DNA of 64,000 nucleotides, from positions 124,001-188,000 of the IMG/VR virus record IMGVR_UViG_3300046507_000773, one strand, 5' to 3'. The position numbers and the translations under genes are program-made. Numbering within the stretch: the first letter of the stretch is position 1; each line of letters begins with the position of its first letter. Below, one piece after another: positions 1 through 8,383 of the stretch. Under the pieces are notes generated by a model. That model saw nothing but the letters and a program-made list of their open reading frames with translations. It did not search any database and had not been told where the DNA came from.

Positions 1-240
1 GAGCCTGGCATGTCGGTTGCGAACAAGTACAAGTCGCCGGCGCTGGAAAGTCTGGAAGAAGTGACCATCACTCGCAATACGCTGAACCAAAGCGTGAAGT
101 CGGTAGCCGGCGTTGCAGCGATGGAATCGGTTTCCATCTCGCTCGAAGAACTCTTCGACAGCATGAACTGGAAGCGTGAGAACGCTCCCAAGCGTAGCGC
201 TCAACCTGCATGGGTTGGCTGGGCTACCAACGAGCAATAA
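1..240 (+). CDS. Hypothetical protein, 5'-truncated by the window edge
   Basis: The frame is open from base 1 to TAA at 238-240, has phage-like codon usage and is followed by a hairpin. Confidence 0.6.
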   Translation, partial: EPGMSVANKYKSPALESLEEVTITRNTLNQSVKSVAGVAAMESVSISLEELFDSMNWKRENAPKRSAQPAWVGWATNEQ

Positions 241-247
241 CTGCTGA

Positions 248-288
248 GCAGCATAATGGCCCTCCCGTCCTGGGAGGGCTTTATGCCG
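248..288. terminator. Hairpin flanked by GCAGCATAA / TTTATGCCG (first copy of a recurrent element)
   Basis: GC-rich stem GCCCTCCC/GGGAGGGC at 259-279, with TTTATGCCG at 280-288. Confidence 0.7.
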
Positions 289-302
289 TAGTTTCAAAAA
301 GT

Positions 303-326
303 TTTTAACGACATATCACGAAGGTG
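303..326 (+). promoter_or_regulatory. Putative early (virion RNAP) promoter, ACATATYAC class
   Basis: TTTTAACG-ACATATCAC-GAAG-GTG. The same motif precedes PhuZ, DNA polymerase, chimallin and nvRNAP genes and resembles the phiKZ early TATATTAC consensus. Confidence 0.6.
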
Positions 327-409
327 TCAATGGTATTGGCATTAAGTGATTTTCTTACAGAATACTCTTTTAGTTATAGCCCTTTCCCCCAACCTCCTTA
401 GGAGACTAG

Positions 410-1069
410 ATGAACAAGAATACCGGCGTTGTGATGCAATTCGCAGGCGCCAAATATGACCTGGCGAAACTGATGGCCTTGCTGGGTACTTGCCCCAAGG
501 TGAAGATCAATGAACTGGAACTGAACGGTCCAGCCAAAGACGAGAAGCAAGCGAACGATCCTGTGTTCGCTGCCAACCGTCAAGACCAGATCGTGACCTA
601 CCATGGCCAGCCTGCTGAATACCCGCAGTGCGTGATCCTCGTGAAGCAGCACGGCAAGTACACCGTCCTCTACGGTGACTCGATCCGTGACGCTGTCGAA
701 GAAGCTTACCTCGTGACCTCGCACACCCTCAAGAAGGTGCGTTACGAGCAAAGCCAACCGGCAACGGCTGAACGTGTCCTGACCTCGACTACCACCGGCC
801 AAATGGCGGACAAGTTCCAGGCAGCGTTTCGCGGCAGCCGTGAGCCGGTTTCGGTCAAGGTGCAAAACGCCGGCGTATCGGGTGCGCATGTCGGTCGCGA
901 CTGGGCAGGCCATCATCGTGCACAGCAAGATACGTTGACGAGCCAGGTCCGTGGTGAGAAGATCGAGAAGAACACGACCTTCGGCCGCCATGGTTCGGCA
1001 AGTGACGTCCAGCGTGGTACGCACAAGTCGCCCCAGTATCACAGCGGTGCTCGTCGCCGCGAGCAATAA
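410..1069 (+). CDS. Hypothetical protein (219 aa) with a low-complexity basic C-terminal half
   Basis: AGGAG RBS upstream of ATG 410; coding-like codon bias. Confidence 0.8.
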   Translation: MNKNTGVVMQFAGAKYDLAKLMALLGTCPKVKINELELNGPAKDEKQANDPVFAANRQDQIVTYHGQPAEYPQCVILVKQHGKYTVLYGDSIRDAVEEAYLVTSHTLKKVRYEQSQPATAERVLTSTTTGQMADKFQAAFRGSREPVSVKVQNAGVSGAHVGRDWAGHHRAQQDTLTSQVRGEKIEKNTTFGRHGSASDVQRGTHKSPQYHSGARRREQ

Positions 1070-1214
1070 GTCAATCTGTGGTTTTTTAACAGAAGACTAA
1101 CAAAGCTATGTACAGAATCGATGAGCGCAGTCTGAGCCCATCAAAGCAATTACCGCGATTGCTCTTGCAGTAATCAGACAAACCAACCTCTTTAACAACC
1201 TGAAGGAAAAAGTA

Positions 1215-1736
1215 ATGGCAACCGCAACCGAAAAAGACGTCCTGAAAGCTGAAGCGAAAAAGACCTTCGACGACCTGTCGCCGGAAGTCAAGAAGACCGT
1301 CGAAGCTGCCCGCGGCTACGTCACCATCTCGAACGAAGGCACCCCGGCCGTCGACCCCGCCACCTACGAGCGCCTGCTGGAACTGAACAACTCGAGCAAG
1401 GAAGCCTACATCGGCGTCCAGGAAGCCAATGCCGTCATCTACCCGGCACTGGCCTACGTGTTCGGCGAAAAGGGCATCCCGGTCATGGCCGAGAACGCTG
1501 ACGTCAAGCAGATCACCGGCGTCGTCCCGTGCTTCGGCAAGGACACGATCTCGGTCGGCCTGAAGCGTTCGTCGCCGTACACCCTGCGCGATTCCGAAGG
1601 CACCGTCACCGGCACCGGCACGAGCTTCGGCACCATCAGCGTCGACCACAAGATCTACGCCACCAAGACCCGCGGCGAACTGGCCAAGGTGAAGAACCTG
1701 ATCGGCGAACTCGGCGCAGCTAGCCTGTCGTCGTAA
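1215..1736 (+). CDS. Hypothetical protein (173 aa), probably highly expressed
   Basis: AAGGA RBS; extreme C-ending codon bias like the structural and chimallin genes. Confidence 0.85.
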   Translation: MATATEKDVLKAEAKKTFDDLSPEVKKTVEAARGYVTISNEGTPAVDPATYERLLELNNSSKEAYIGVQEANAVIYPALAYVFGEKGIPVMAENADVKQITGVVPCFGKDTISVGLKRSSPYTLRDSEGTVTGTGTSFGTISVDHKIYATKTRGELAKVKNLIGELGAASLSS

Positions 1737-2018
1737 AGCATCGGCGCGCGTCGCCGTAGGGAGCTAGCTTCCCCTGTAGCTGCTTGACGTCCGTGCCTTT
1801 GTGCGAGAGTGACGTGGCTGCTCAAATCTTGCCCCCATCGTGGAGCGTGTAAAAGTTAGGAAGCCGTCCGATGGCCGGTTCCCGTAAAGGAAGTTAGCTT
1901 CTCCTGATATCGCCAGCGCTTAGCCTTTGTGCGAAGAAGCGCTTGCGGGGCAAAGACCACAAGGTCAAAGTTAGGGTCTGGGTGACAACGCCCGGACCCG
2001 CCCCTATTTTTTATGCCG
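1737..2018 (+). ncRNA. Candidate structured RNA made of two tandem related units plus a terminator
   Basis: No credible ORF. Duplicated blocks GGA(A)GYTAGCTTCYCCTG, GCCTTTGTGCGA and AAAGTTAGG. The segment ends in a hairpin followed by T-run and TATGCCG. Confidence 0.5.
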
Positions 2019-2036
2019 CCTTTTAGGAATAAAGAC

Positions 2037-2354
2037 ATGAGCGCTACCGAAGAAAATAAGAACGAAGATCAAACCATCCAAGTACCGGAGTCCTGGAAAG
2101 AAACCCTGGTCGAATACTACGGCCATCTGAAGCCTGTCACGGAAGTCGGCCAAGCTGTCCAGCGCAAAGACGGCAGCCAACTCCGCTCGGGCGCTGAAGC
2201 ATACCGCTACGCCATCGTCGTTCAAGTCGAGCCGTTGGTACTGGTCTCGCGCGGAACCGACATGCGCTGGTCGGCAACGGTGAAGATCGACGACTTCGCG
2301 GCATTCGGCAAGGTCAAGGACGACGTCCTGCAAGCCTGCATGCGGAGGCTGTAA
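2037..2354 (+). CDS. Hypothetical protein, paralogous to 3960..4358
   Basis: AGGA RBS before ATG 2037. Shares the LRxGxxAYxxAxVxxxxPxVLxS...W motif with 3960..4358. Confidence 0.75.
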   Translation: MSATEENKNEDQTIQVPESWKETLVEYYGHLKPVTEVGQAVQRKDGSQLRSGAEAYRYAIVVQVEPLVLVSRGTDMRWSATVKIDDFAAFGKVKDDVLQACMRRL

Positions 2355-2686
2355 TGCTGCAAATGCTTATCGGTGGTTTCTGCATGTACGTCATGTTCAA
2401 GGACAAGAATGCAGAAGTCATCCGCAGGTCGTATCTCTGGCCTTTCGCTTGCCTGCTGTGGTGCATCCTGTCGATCATTACGATCACTGGGATGTTCGAA
2501 GTAATCGGACAGCTTGGCATTAAATTGCCGCCGGACGAACAGGCAGTTCCGATCCTCTTCGGCATCTGCATGCTGGCAATTCTGGTCGTGGGTTACATCA
2601 ACATCTGGAGACCACATCGCCGGATGAAGAAAAGAAATGCAGTTTTAATCGACGAAACTATCGGTATGTCCAATACCGAAGTTTGA
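2354..2686 (+). CDS. Small membrane protein with two predicted TM helices
   Basis: Two hydrophobic stretches followed by a basic tail; the start overlaps the upstream stop (TAATG). Confidence 0.7.
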   Translation: MLQMLIGGFCMYVMFKDKNAEVIRRSYLWPFACLLWCILSIITITGMFEVIGQLGIKLPPDEQAVPILFGICMLAILVVGYINIWRPHRRMKKRNAVLIDETIGMSNTEV

Positions 2687-2706
2687 AGTTTGCGGCAGTA
2701 GTTTTT

Positions 2707-2735
2707 GAAGGGAGTTAGCGCTCCCTTCTTTTTTT
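2707..2735 (+). terminator. Intrinsic terminator
   Basis: GAAGGGAG-loop-CTCCCTTC followed by a T7 run. Confidence 0.75.
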
Positions 2736-2758
2736 GTTTCCACAGAAGGTTTTTCCCC

Positions 2759-3919
2759 ATGTCCCTCGTCAAAATTAAAAAGATCCTGGGCGACGAGCTC
2801 GCTCAACACTTCGATTCGCACAACCACCTGTCGGGTACGCACAAATATTCCCGTCCAGTCATTCTGGACCTATCGATGAAAAAGCAAGAAGACGGCAATC
2901 CGTCTCTGGAGATCATCGATGAAAACCTGCAACTCATTTCGGCACACGCCAGTGAGAATGCGATCCTGATCTTGGACCGTAAGGCCATGAACAACAATCA
3001 GGTGTACAACGCCAACATCATCTACGTCGTCGTTCCCGATGTGGTGGGCGATGTGGTGGGCCTGCAAGAACATGAGGCCGGCTGGAAATTCCCGAAGATT
3101 CTGAAGCGCACTCCGAGCATCGAGGCAGCTTTGGAAGACATCGCGATGAATCTCAAACGTGTCACGCAAGAAGTCCCCGCCAAGGTTGACGATCTGGCCG
3201 AAGACGTGAGCAAGAAGGCGAACCTCTGGCTGCGCGATAGTGAGCGTCGTTTGTCGGGTATCCACCAAAGTGTCCTGGACAACATGTTCCATGATCCGCT
3301 CTGGACTTACATGGCAAGTCGTGAAATCCGCATCATTGGCGACCTCACGCATTCGGCCCATGGCCTGCCGCATTCCAGTGGCGCGATGTCCTGGTTCGTG
3401 AACCTGACCGGCAAGGACAAGCTGTTCACCACCAAGTACGTGAGCCATGCCAAGTATCACTTCCTGGCAATGGCGGGTATTTTGCAGCTGACGGGTATCT
3501 TGCTTAAGAACGGCTACGCGATCGAGAAAAAACGTTCGGACTACGTGATCGGCAAAGAGATTTACATGTACACCAAGGATCGTCATGGTCGTTACAACAC
3601 CGTTTCATTGCCGGATGCCTACGACGAGATCATCATCATGCCGATTTCGATGTGGGACAAAGCGAAGGACGAGGTGAAGATCTCGCCGGTTTATCTCGTG
3701 GCTGAAACGGAACAGCATGCTGCAGTTATTCACACACTGCAAACTGAACACCAGGACGTCTTCGTCCGCTTCGTGGAAAACTACAACCAGGCGATGGAGC
3801 ACATCAAGACGTTCGAGCAGTTGGCCGATGTGAGGGACACGTTCCCGGTGCAAGCTATTCGTCTGCATGGTGCCAAGAAGATTCATCTCTTCCTGGACCT
3901 CATGGACGACGCCCATTAA
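2759..3919 (+). CDS. Hypothetical protein (about 386 aa)
   Basis: Long ORF with ATG 2759 after GAAGG; no recognised family. Confidence 0.8.
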   Translation: MSLVKIKKILGDELAQHFDSHNHLSGTHKYSRPVILDLSMKKQEDGNPSLEIIDENLQLISAHASENAILILDRKAMNNNQVYNANIIYVVVPDVVGDVVGLQEHEAGWKFPKILKRTPSIEAALEDIAMNLKRVTQEVPAKVDDLAEDVSKKANLWLRDSERRLSGIHQSVLDNMFHDPLWTYMASREIRIIGDLTHSAHGLPHSSGAMSWFVNLTGKDKLFTTKYVSHAKYHFLAMAGILQLTGILLKNGYAIEKKRSDYVIGKEIYMYTKDRHGRYNTVSLPDAYDEIIIMPISMWDKAKDEVKISPVYLVAETEQHAAVIHTLQTEHQDVFVRFVENYNQAMEHIKTFEQLADVRDTFPVQAIRLHGAKKIHLFLDLMDDAH

Positions 3920-3959
3920 CAAAACAAAAAAGGGGAGGCTAGTCCTCCCCAAAAGTCCA

Positions 3960-4358
3960 ATGAATAAAGACAAACCGATGGTGCTCATGGAAATGGGCAC
4001 AGTCCAAACGATCGCTGACTTCTTCAAAAGCGGGGAAGCTTCGGATGAGGTAATCAAAGCCTTCGAGAAGTTGGAATCGAACCTCAACCACACCAAACGC
4101 GTCTTGGCTCGTGAAGAGGAAATTATCGTGGGCGATATTGTCGAACCCAAACCGGGTTGGAATACGCTCCGGGCCGGTCGCAATGCTTACGGACAAGCCG
4201 TCGTCATTTCACTTGATCCATTTGTTTTGATTTCCCAGGACGGGGAATCCGTTTGGACGGGCGGGAATGAACCGAAGAACTTTAACATGGTAGGGACAGT
4301 GAACGAGCAGAAACTCAAAACGCTGACCTTCATCGTCGAAACAAGGAAGAAAGCATGA
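3960..4358 (+). CDS. Hypothetical protein, paralogous to 2037..2354
   Basis: The stop overlaps the DHFR start; shared C-terminal motif. The start position is uncertain. Confidence 0.65.
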   Translation: MNKDKPMVLMEMGTVQTIADFFKSGEASDEVIKAFEKLESNLNHTKRVLAREEEIIVGDIVEPKPGWNTLRAGRNAYGQAVVISLDPFVLISQDGESVWTGGNEPKNFNMVGTVNEQKLKTLTFIVETRKKA

Positions 4359-5275
4359 CATTGCCGATTCACTTGATACTCGCTGCAACGCCGCGTGGCG
4401 AGATCGGATTTCAGAACACCATCCCCTGGAAGCTTAAAGGCGATCTGAAGCGTTTTAAAGACCTGACCATGGACAACTTCGTCCTGATGGGCAGGAAGAC
4501 CGTAGAGAGCCTTACAGCGCCTCTGAAGGGGCGTATCGTTGTGGCGATCTCTTCCACATGGTACGCTGACATGGAAGCAGGCAAGAATACGCCGCCAGGA
4601 GTCGATCTCATCTATTCGTCGCTGCAGCACGCACTCGATTCCCTCAACTGTTTCAAGTGTTCTGCTACACCGAAGAAGATCTTCATCGCCGGCGGCGTTC
4701 GTTTGTACGAAGAAGCATGGAACCTCGCTTCGCATCTGCACCTGTCGCTGGTATTCGAAGATCCGAAAGATGGCGCCTACGATGCAGAGCTGCCGCAGCT
4801 GAGCACGTCAGGCTTCGAACTGATCAAGGAACCGGTTGCCGTCATGAAGGAAGGGTCGGACAAGTACAGCTACATCTACTACGAAGCGGCACGCCATGTA
4901 CCTGGCGAAATCCGACGACCTTACCTGGGTACGGAAGCCACCATCTTCGAAGTCATGGGCGAACTCGTGGGCCTTACCAATGAAGAACTCATGATCGAGC
5001 AAAACAAAAGCCAGGAAGCCATGAACAACCTGGCCTTTACTGCACGGCAGCGCCTGACAGCTTCTGCTCTCGAAGAACTTCTGGCCACAGAAAACGATCC
5101 CAATCAGGATTACTTCAACATCTGGACTGGACAAGGCAAACCGCAACCGCCAGGAATCCAGGATCTGAGCGTCTATGCTCACCACTTCCTGGGTGACAAA
5201 GCAAAGCTCCTGGAAAAAGACGAACGCCGCGATGTTCGTTATCCGCCCAAGGACAAGATCGAAGGTGATAAATGA
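4355..5275 (+). CDS. folA: Dihydrofolate reductase with an ~125-aa C-terminal extension
   Basis: N-terminal LILAATPRGEIGFQNTIPWKLKGDLKRFKDLT, VLMGRKTVESL and IFIAGGVRLY are DHFR motifs. Confidence 0.9.
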   Translation: MTLPIHLILAATPRGEIGFQNTIPWKLKGDLKRFKDLTMDNFVLMGRKTVESLTAPLKGRIVVAISSTWYADMEAGKNTPPGVDLIYSSLQHALDSLNCFKCSATPKKIFIAGGVRLYEEAWNLASHLHLSLVFEDPKDGAYDAELPQLSTSGFELIKEPVAVMKEGSDKYSYIYYEAARHVPGEIRRPYLGTEATIFEVMGELVGLTNEELMIEQNKSQEAMNNLAFTARQRLTASALEELLATENDPNQDYFNIWTGQGKPQPPGIQDLSVYAHHFLGDKAKLLEKDERRDVRYPPKDKIEGDK

Positions 5276-5667
5276 AAGCAGAAGAACTGAACAGGCACCA
5301 ACTCATTGCCGTGGCCGCACACGACACGAGTACGACTGTTGGCATTTGCGACCTGCGTTTGCCGATGGAAGAATTCTACAAGGTCGGCGAATACTGGTAC
5401 GATCGCGTTGTCGAAGCCAAGCCGATCTACCAGGACCGTCATGCCATGCGTGAAGTCTTCATGCACTGGATGCTGGATCATGGTGAACTCGTGAAGAACT
5501 TCGTTATCCCATTTGACGAATGGAAGCACGAAATGATTTACCAGATCTGGTGGCACGTGGCTTTCTATACGCGACCTCCTGAACCGGAGCGCATCAAGAA
5601 CGACAACGTCACGGAAGAGACGTGTGGCAGTATCGGTGACGTCTTCTTCCCCACGATTAAGAATTAA
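5272..5667 (+). CDS. Hypothetical protein
   Basis: Coupled to the DHFR stop; operon-like packing. Confidence 0.7.
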   Translation: MKAEELNRHQLIAVAAHDTSTTVGICDLRLPMEEFYKVGEYWYDRVVEAKPIYQDRHAMREVFMHWMLDHGELVKNFVIPFDEWKHEMIYQIWWHVAFYTRPPEPERIKNDNVTEETCGSIGDVFFPTIKN

Positions 5668-5669
5668 CC

Positions 5670-5885
5670 ATGGCCAAAGACAGTGGATGGATTTCCTGGG
5701 ATCGGTCTAAAACACCGAAACCAGGAACACGACTTCGTTTGAAGTTTCAGAACGGTAACATCTCCAATCCGATCACCTTCATTGATGGTCGTGGTTTGGG
5801 ATGGGGCAATCACGAATACAGCTGGAGCGCGAATCAGGCGTTTGCCAATCGTTGGCGTATCGTTGAATACCAGATTTTGAATTAG
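5670..5885 (+). CDS. Small hypothetical protein (71 aa)
   Basis: Fills the gap in a tightly packed operon. Confidence 0.65.
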   Translation: MAKDSGWISWDRSKTPKPGTRLRLKFQNGNISNPITFIDGRGLGWGNHEYSWSANQAFANRWRIVEYQILN

Positions 5886-5895
5886 GAGAAAAAGA

Positions 5896-6594
5896 ATGCT
5901 AGCAGGAACTGAATATCAAAAGACGCTGCTGGAGAACGCGATCTTGATGTGGGCCGATAATAAGCCCCAACGTCTTCAGATGGCAAAGGACATTTATCTT
6001 CCACGTCCCGCGAACCACAATGCTGAGTGGGCGTGGGAACTGATGGACAAAATCACGAGGGCGGAGCCGAAGTTTTATCATGCACAGGGCGACATCTATG
6101 CCGCCTTTGAAGAATTCGTGCGTGAGAAACTGCACCAGAACTTGAGCGCTCACCGCGATGGGCGCTACATGGATTCTGAGCAGCACTTGTCTTACTGCAT
6201 CTGGCAATGCATTGCTGAACACGGTTGTTTCGGCACGATGTATCCAGAGCTCACCGGTAAGCGTGTGGAAGATTGGACGAGCTACTCGATCGTCGAACTC
6301 GACGCCAATGGCCTGATCGACAAGCTCAAGCGCTGGGGCTATTTGCAGCCTGTCCCACTCGGCACGCTGGAAGACCAGTATCGTAAGAAAGGACCAGTTC
6401 CCAAGTGGACTGTGCTCTACAACATCGTCACGCCGGGTTCCACCTGGATCGGTACGGGCTGGGAGTTCTTTGACGACGAGACGGAAGCACAGAAACGATT
6501 CGACCACCATGTCGCGATCGGCAACTGTCCAACCAAGCGTCCGTATTCGCAACCGTGCGATTGGCAACATCTGGGTGCAGCGCATCGCATGTAA
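5896..6594 (+). CDS. Hypothetical protein (232 aa)
   Basis: AGGAG RBS; same-strand operon. Confidence 0.75.
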   Translation: MLAGTEYQKTLLENAILMWADNKPQRLQMAKDIYLPRPANHNAEWAWELMDKITRAEPKFYHAQGDIYAAFEEFVREKLHQNLSAHRDGRYMDSEQHLSYCIWQCIAEHGCFGTMYPELTGKRVEDWTSYSIVELDANGLIDKLKRWGYLQPVPLGTLEDQYRKKGPVPKWTVLYNIVTPGSTWIGTGWEFFDDETEAQKRFDHHVAIGNCPTKRPYSQPCDWQHLGAAHRM

Positions 6595-6605
6595 AGGGAA
6601 TTCGA

Positions 6606-6995
6606 ATGATTACCTTCTCAATGGAGGACCGCAAGGACATTGCGGAGAGTCTGTGGTTTTGGGTGCGGGATAAAACTCCCAAAGACGAACTCAACATCCG
6701 GCACATGCCTGAGCATGACAAGTTCCATGAGCAACTCATTGCGGACAGGATGACGGTTGATGATCCCGACATCGACCCCGTCCTGAAAGACTTCATGGAA
6801 AAGTGCGATCTCTTCTTCAACATGGAACAAGAGTTTCATGATGACGATGATTTCAAACAACGCCAGGATTTCTGTAAGTGGTTGACCGAAACGAGGGGAC
6901 GTGTTCCAAGTACGTCATACAACCCCTACAGCGATCCCATGGACGAACTGTACTGGCTCGCCTATGAGTTCGCTTTGCAACGGAAATTTTACTGA
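6606..6995 (+). CDS. Acidic hypothetical protein
   Basis: AAGGGA RBS before ATG 6606. Confidence 0.7.
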   Translation: MITFSMEDRKDIAESLWFWVRDKTPKDELNIRHMPEHDKFHEQLIADRMTVDDPDIDPVLKDFMEKCDLFFNMEQEFHDDDDFKQRQDFCKWLTETRGRVPSTSYNPYSDPMDELYWLAYEFALQRKFY

Positions 6996-7004
6996 GAGAT
7001 AAAC

Positions 7005-7436
7005 ATGCCGACCAAAGAACAAATGGCCGCAAAGTACGAATTCAACCCCGAACAGGATAGCATTATTCTGCGCTTCCCCAGTGGACTTTCCACTACTTCT
7101 GACCCCGTGTGGTTCAAGAAGTTTCTCAAGTTATTGATGCAGGCATTCCTTGCGGATATCAAGATAAGTGAAGATGGAATTCGCACGCGACTTCTCGTCA
7201 AGCCCATCGGCGACGTCGACGAAATTGCTAATAAAATCATTAGCTCGTGGATTACGCAATTGATCATGGACCCTACTCCGACTAAGCCCAAAGGAGTAAT
7301 ACCGAGTGAGCGCAATCACTACACTCTTTCTTTATTCCACAATGGCGTCGTCTACAAGGACATCTTCCCCATCACCAACATGAAGGATGAAGAAGGTTAT
7401 TACGAGTTCAGTTATTACGGTTACCTGGCGATGTAA
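7005..7436 (+). CDS. Hypothetical protein (143 aa)
   Basis: GAGAG RBS; followed by a convergent terminator. Confidence 0.7.
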   Translation: MPTKEQMAAKYEFNPEQDSIILRFPSGLSTTSDPVWFKKFLKLLMQAFLADIKISEDGIRTRLLVKPIGDVDEIANKIISSWITQLIMDPTPTKPKGVIPSERNHYTLSLFHNGVVYKDIFPITNMKDEEGYYEFSYYGYLAM

Positions 7437-7443
7437 GACGAAT

Positions 7444-7493
7444 GCAGCATAAATGCCCTACCCTTCCTTTCGGAGGGGTAGGGCTGTATGCCC
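7444..7493. terminator. Bidirectional hairpin with GCAGCATA / TATGCCC arms
   Basis: GC stem GCCCTACCC...GGGTAGGGC between convergent genes. Confidence 0.7.
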
Positions 7494-7519
7494 GATTGCT
7501 CGGGACATCTTTTTTTGGC

Positions 7520-8383
7520 TTACAGCTTCACAGCTTGCGAGCCCAGGGTTTCCATGCCGTTCTCGTACGACTTCTTGGTTGCCAGGATGTTGTTATCGAT
7601 GGCGTCCACGAAGGCCGGACGGTTGTTCGGATTGGCACCGGTCATGTTCATCGCTTGCATGACTTTCTGTGCGAAAGCCAGCACGCCGTTGGTGCTCTGC
7701 CACACACCCGTGAACTGGATGTTGTACGTGGTGAGTTCAGCGGCGGCGGTCAGCTCGCGACGACCGATGTTTTCACCGCTGGACTTCGGCATGATGTTCG
7801 TGCCGAGCCATGCCTTGAGAGGCGCGGTGTGCTGGACGTTCGGCTCGTAAGCCAAGATCGTGCAGCCCTGGACGTCCGGCAGCAGGTCTGCCGGGCGGTT
7901 GGCGCGAGTCATCACGTTGGCGACCTTGGTGTTCGGGTCCATGATGAGTTCGGTGATCCAGCCTTCGAGCAGTGCTGCGAACGGCATGCCGTCCTTCTCG
8001 TCGACGGTGATGGCCAACTGGGTACGAGCACGGGTCACGTTGGTCGCGTGTTCCTGCTGTTCGCCAGCGCCGCCAACCGGCGTCTCTGCGTATTCGACTT
8101 CGAGACCACGAGCGAAGCCTTCGACGGTCTTCGGATGCAGTTCGAAGAAAGCACGCAGAGCAGCGCGCCAGTAGTCCGGGTTATCCAGGTAGTCGACGCC
8201 GCCGGGCGCCGCCACCAGGACCAACACCAGGTTCTTACGGATGTAAGCGGTGTTGTTGATGATTTCGGTGAACTCAGGAGCCCAGCCGAATTCCCCGCCG
8301 TAGGCGGGGTTCAGCATTGGAGCCACGGAGTTCGCAGCGAAACCTTCCTTGTTTTTCAGGATGGAGTCTGCGATGCGGTTCAT
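7520..8383 (-). CDS. Tail tube protein (phiKZ gp30-like)
   Basis: 287 aa, directly downstream of the sheath gene, high-expression codon bias; size and synteny match phiKZ-like tail tubes. Confidence 0.75.
   Translation of the reverse strand: MNRIADSILKNKEGFAANSVAPMLNPAYGGEFGWAPEFTEIINNTAYIRKNLVLVLVAAPGGVDYLDNPDYWRAALRAFFELHPKTVEGFARGLEVEYAETPVGGAGEQQEHATNVTRARTQLAITVDEKDGMPFAALLEGWITELIMDPNTKVANVMTRANRPADLLPDVQGCTILAYEPNVQHTAPLKAWLGTNIMPKSSGENIGRRELTAAAELTTYNIQFTGVWQSTNGVLAFAQKVMQAMNMTGANPNNRPAFVDAIDNNILATKKSYENGMETLGSQAVKL

Noticed and set aside
1737-2018. tRNA, c-di-GMP-I riboswitch or HDV-like ribozyme identity for the tandem RNA
   Set aside because: There is no TTC T-loop cloverleaf. 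The reverse-strand CGCACAAAGGC resembles GEMM only partly and lacks GGCAAACC. The HDV P3/L3 pattern does not fit.
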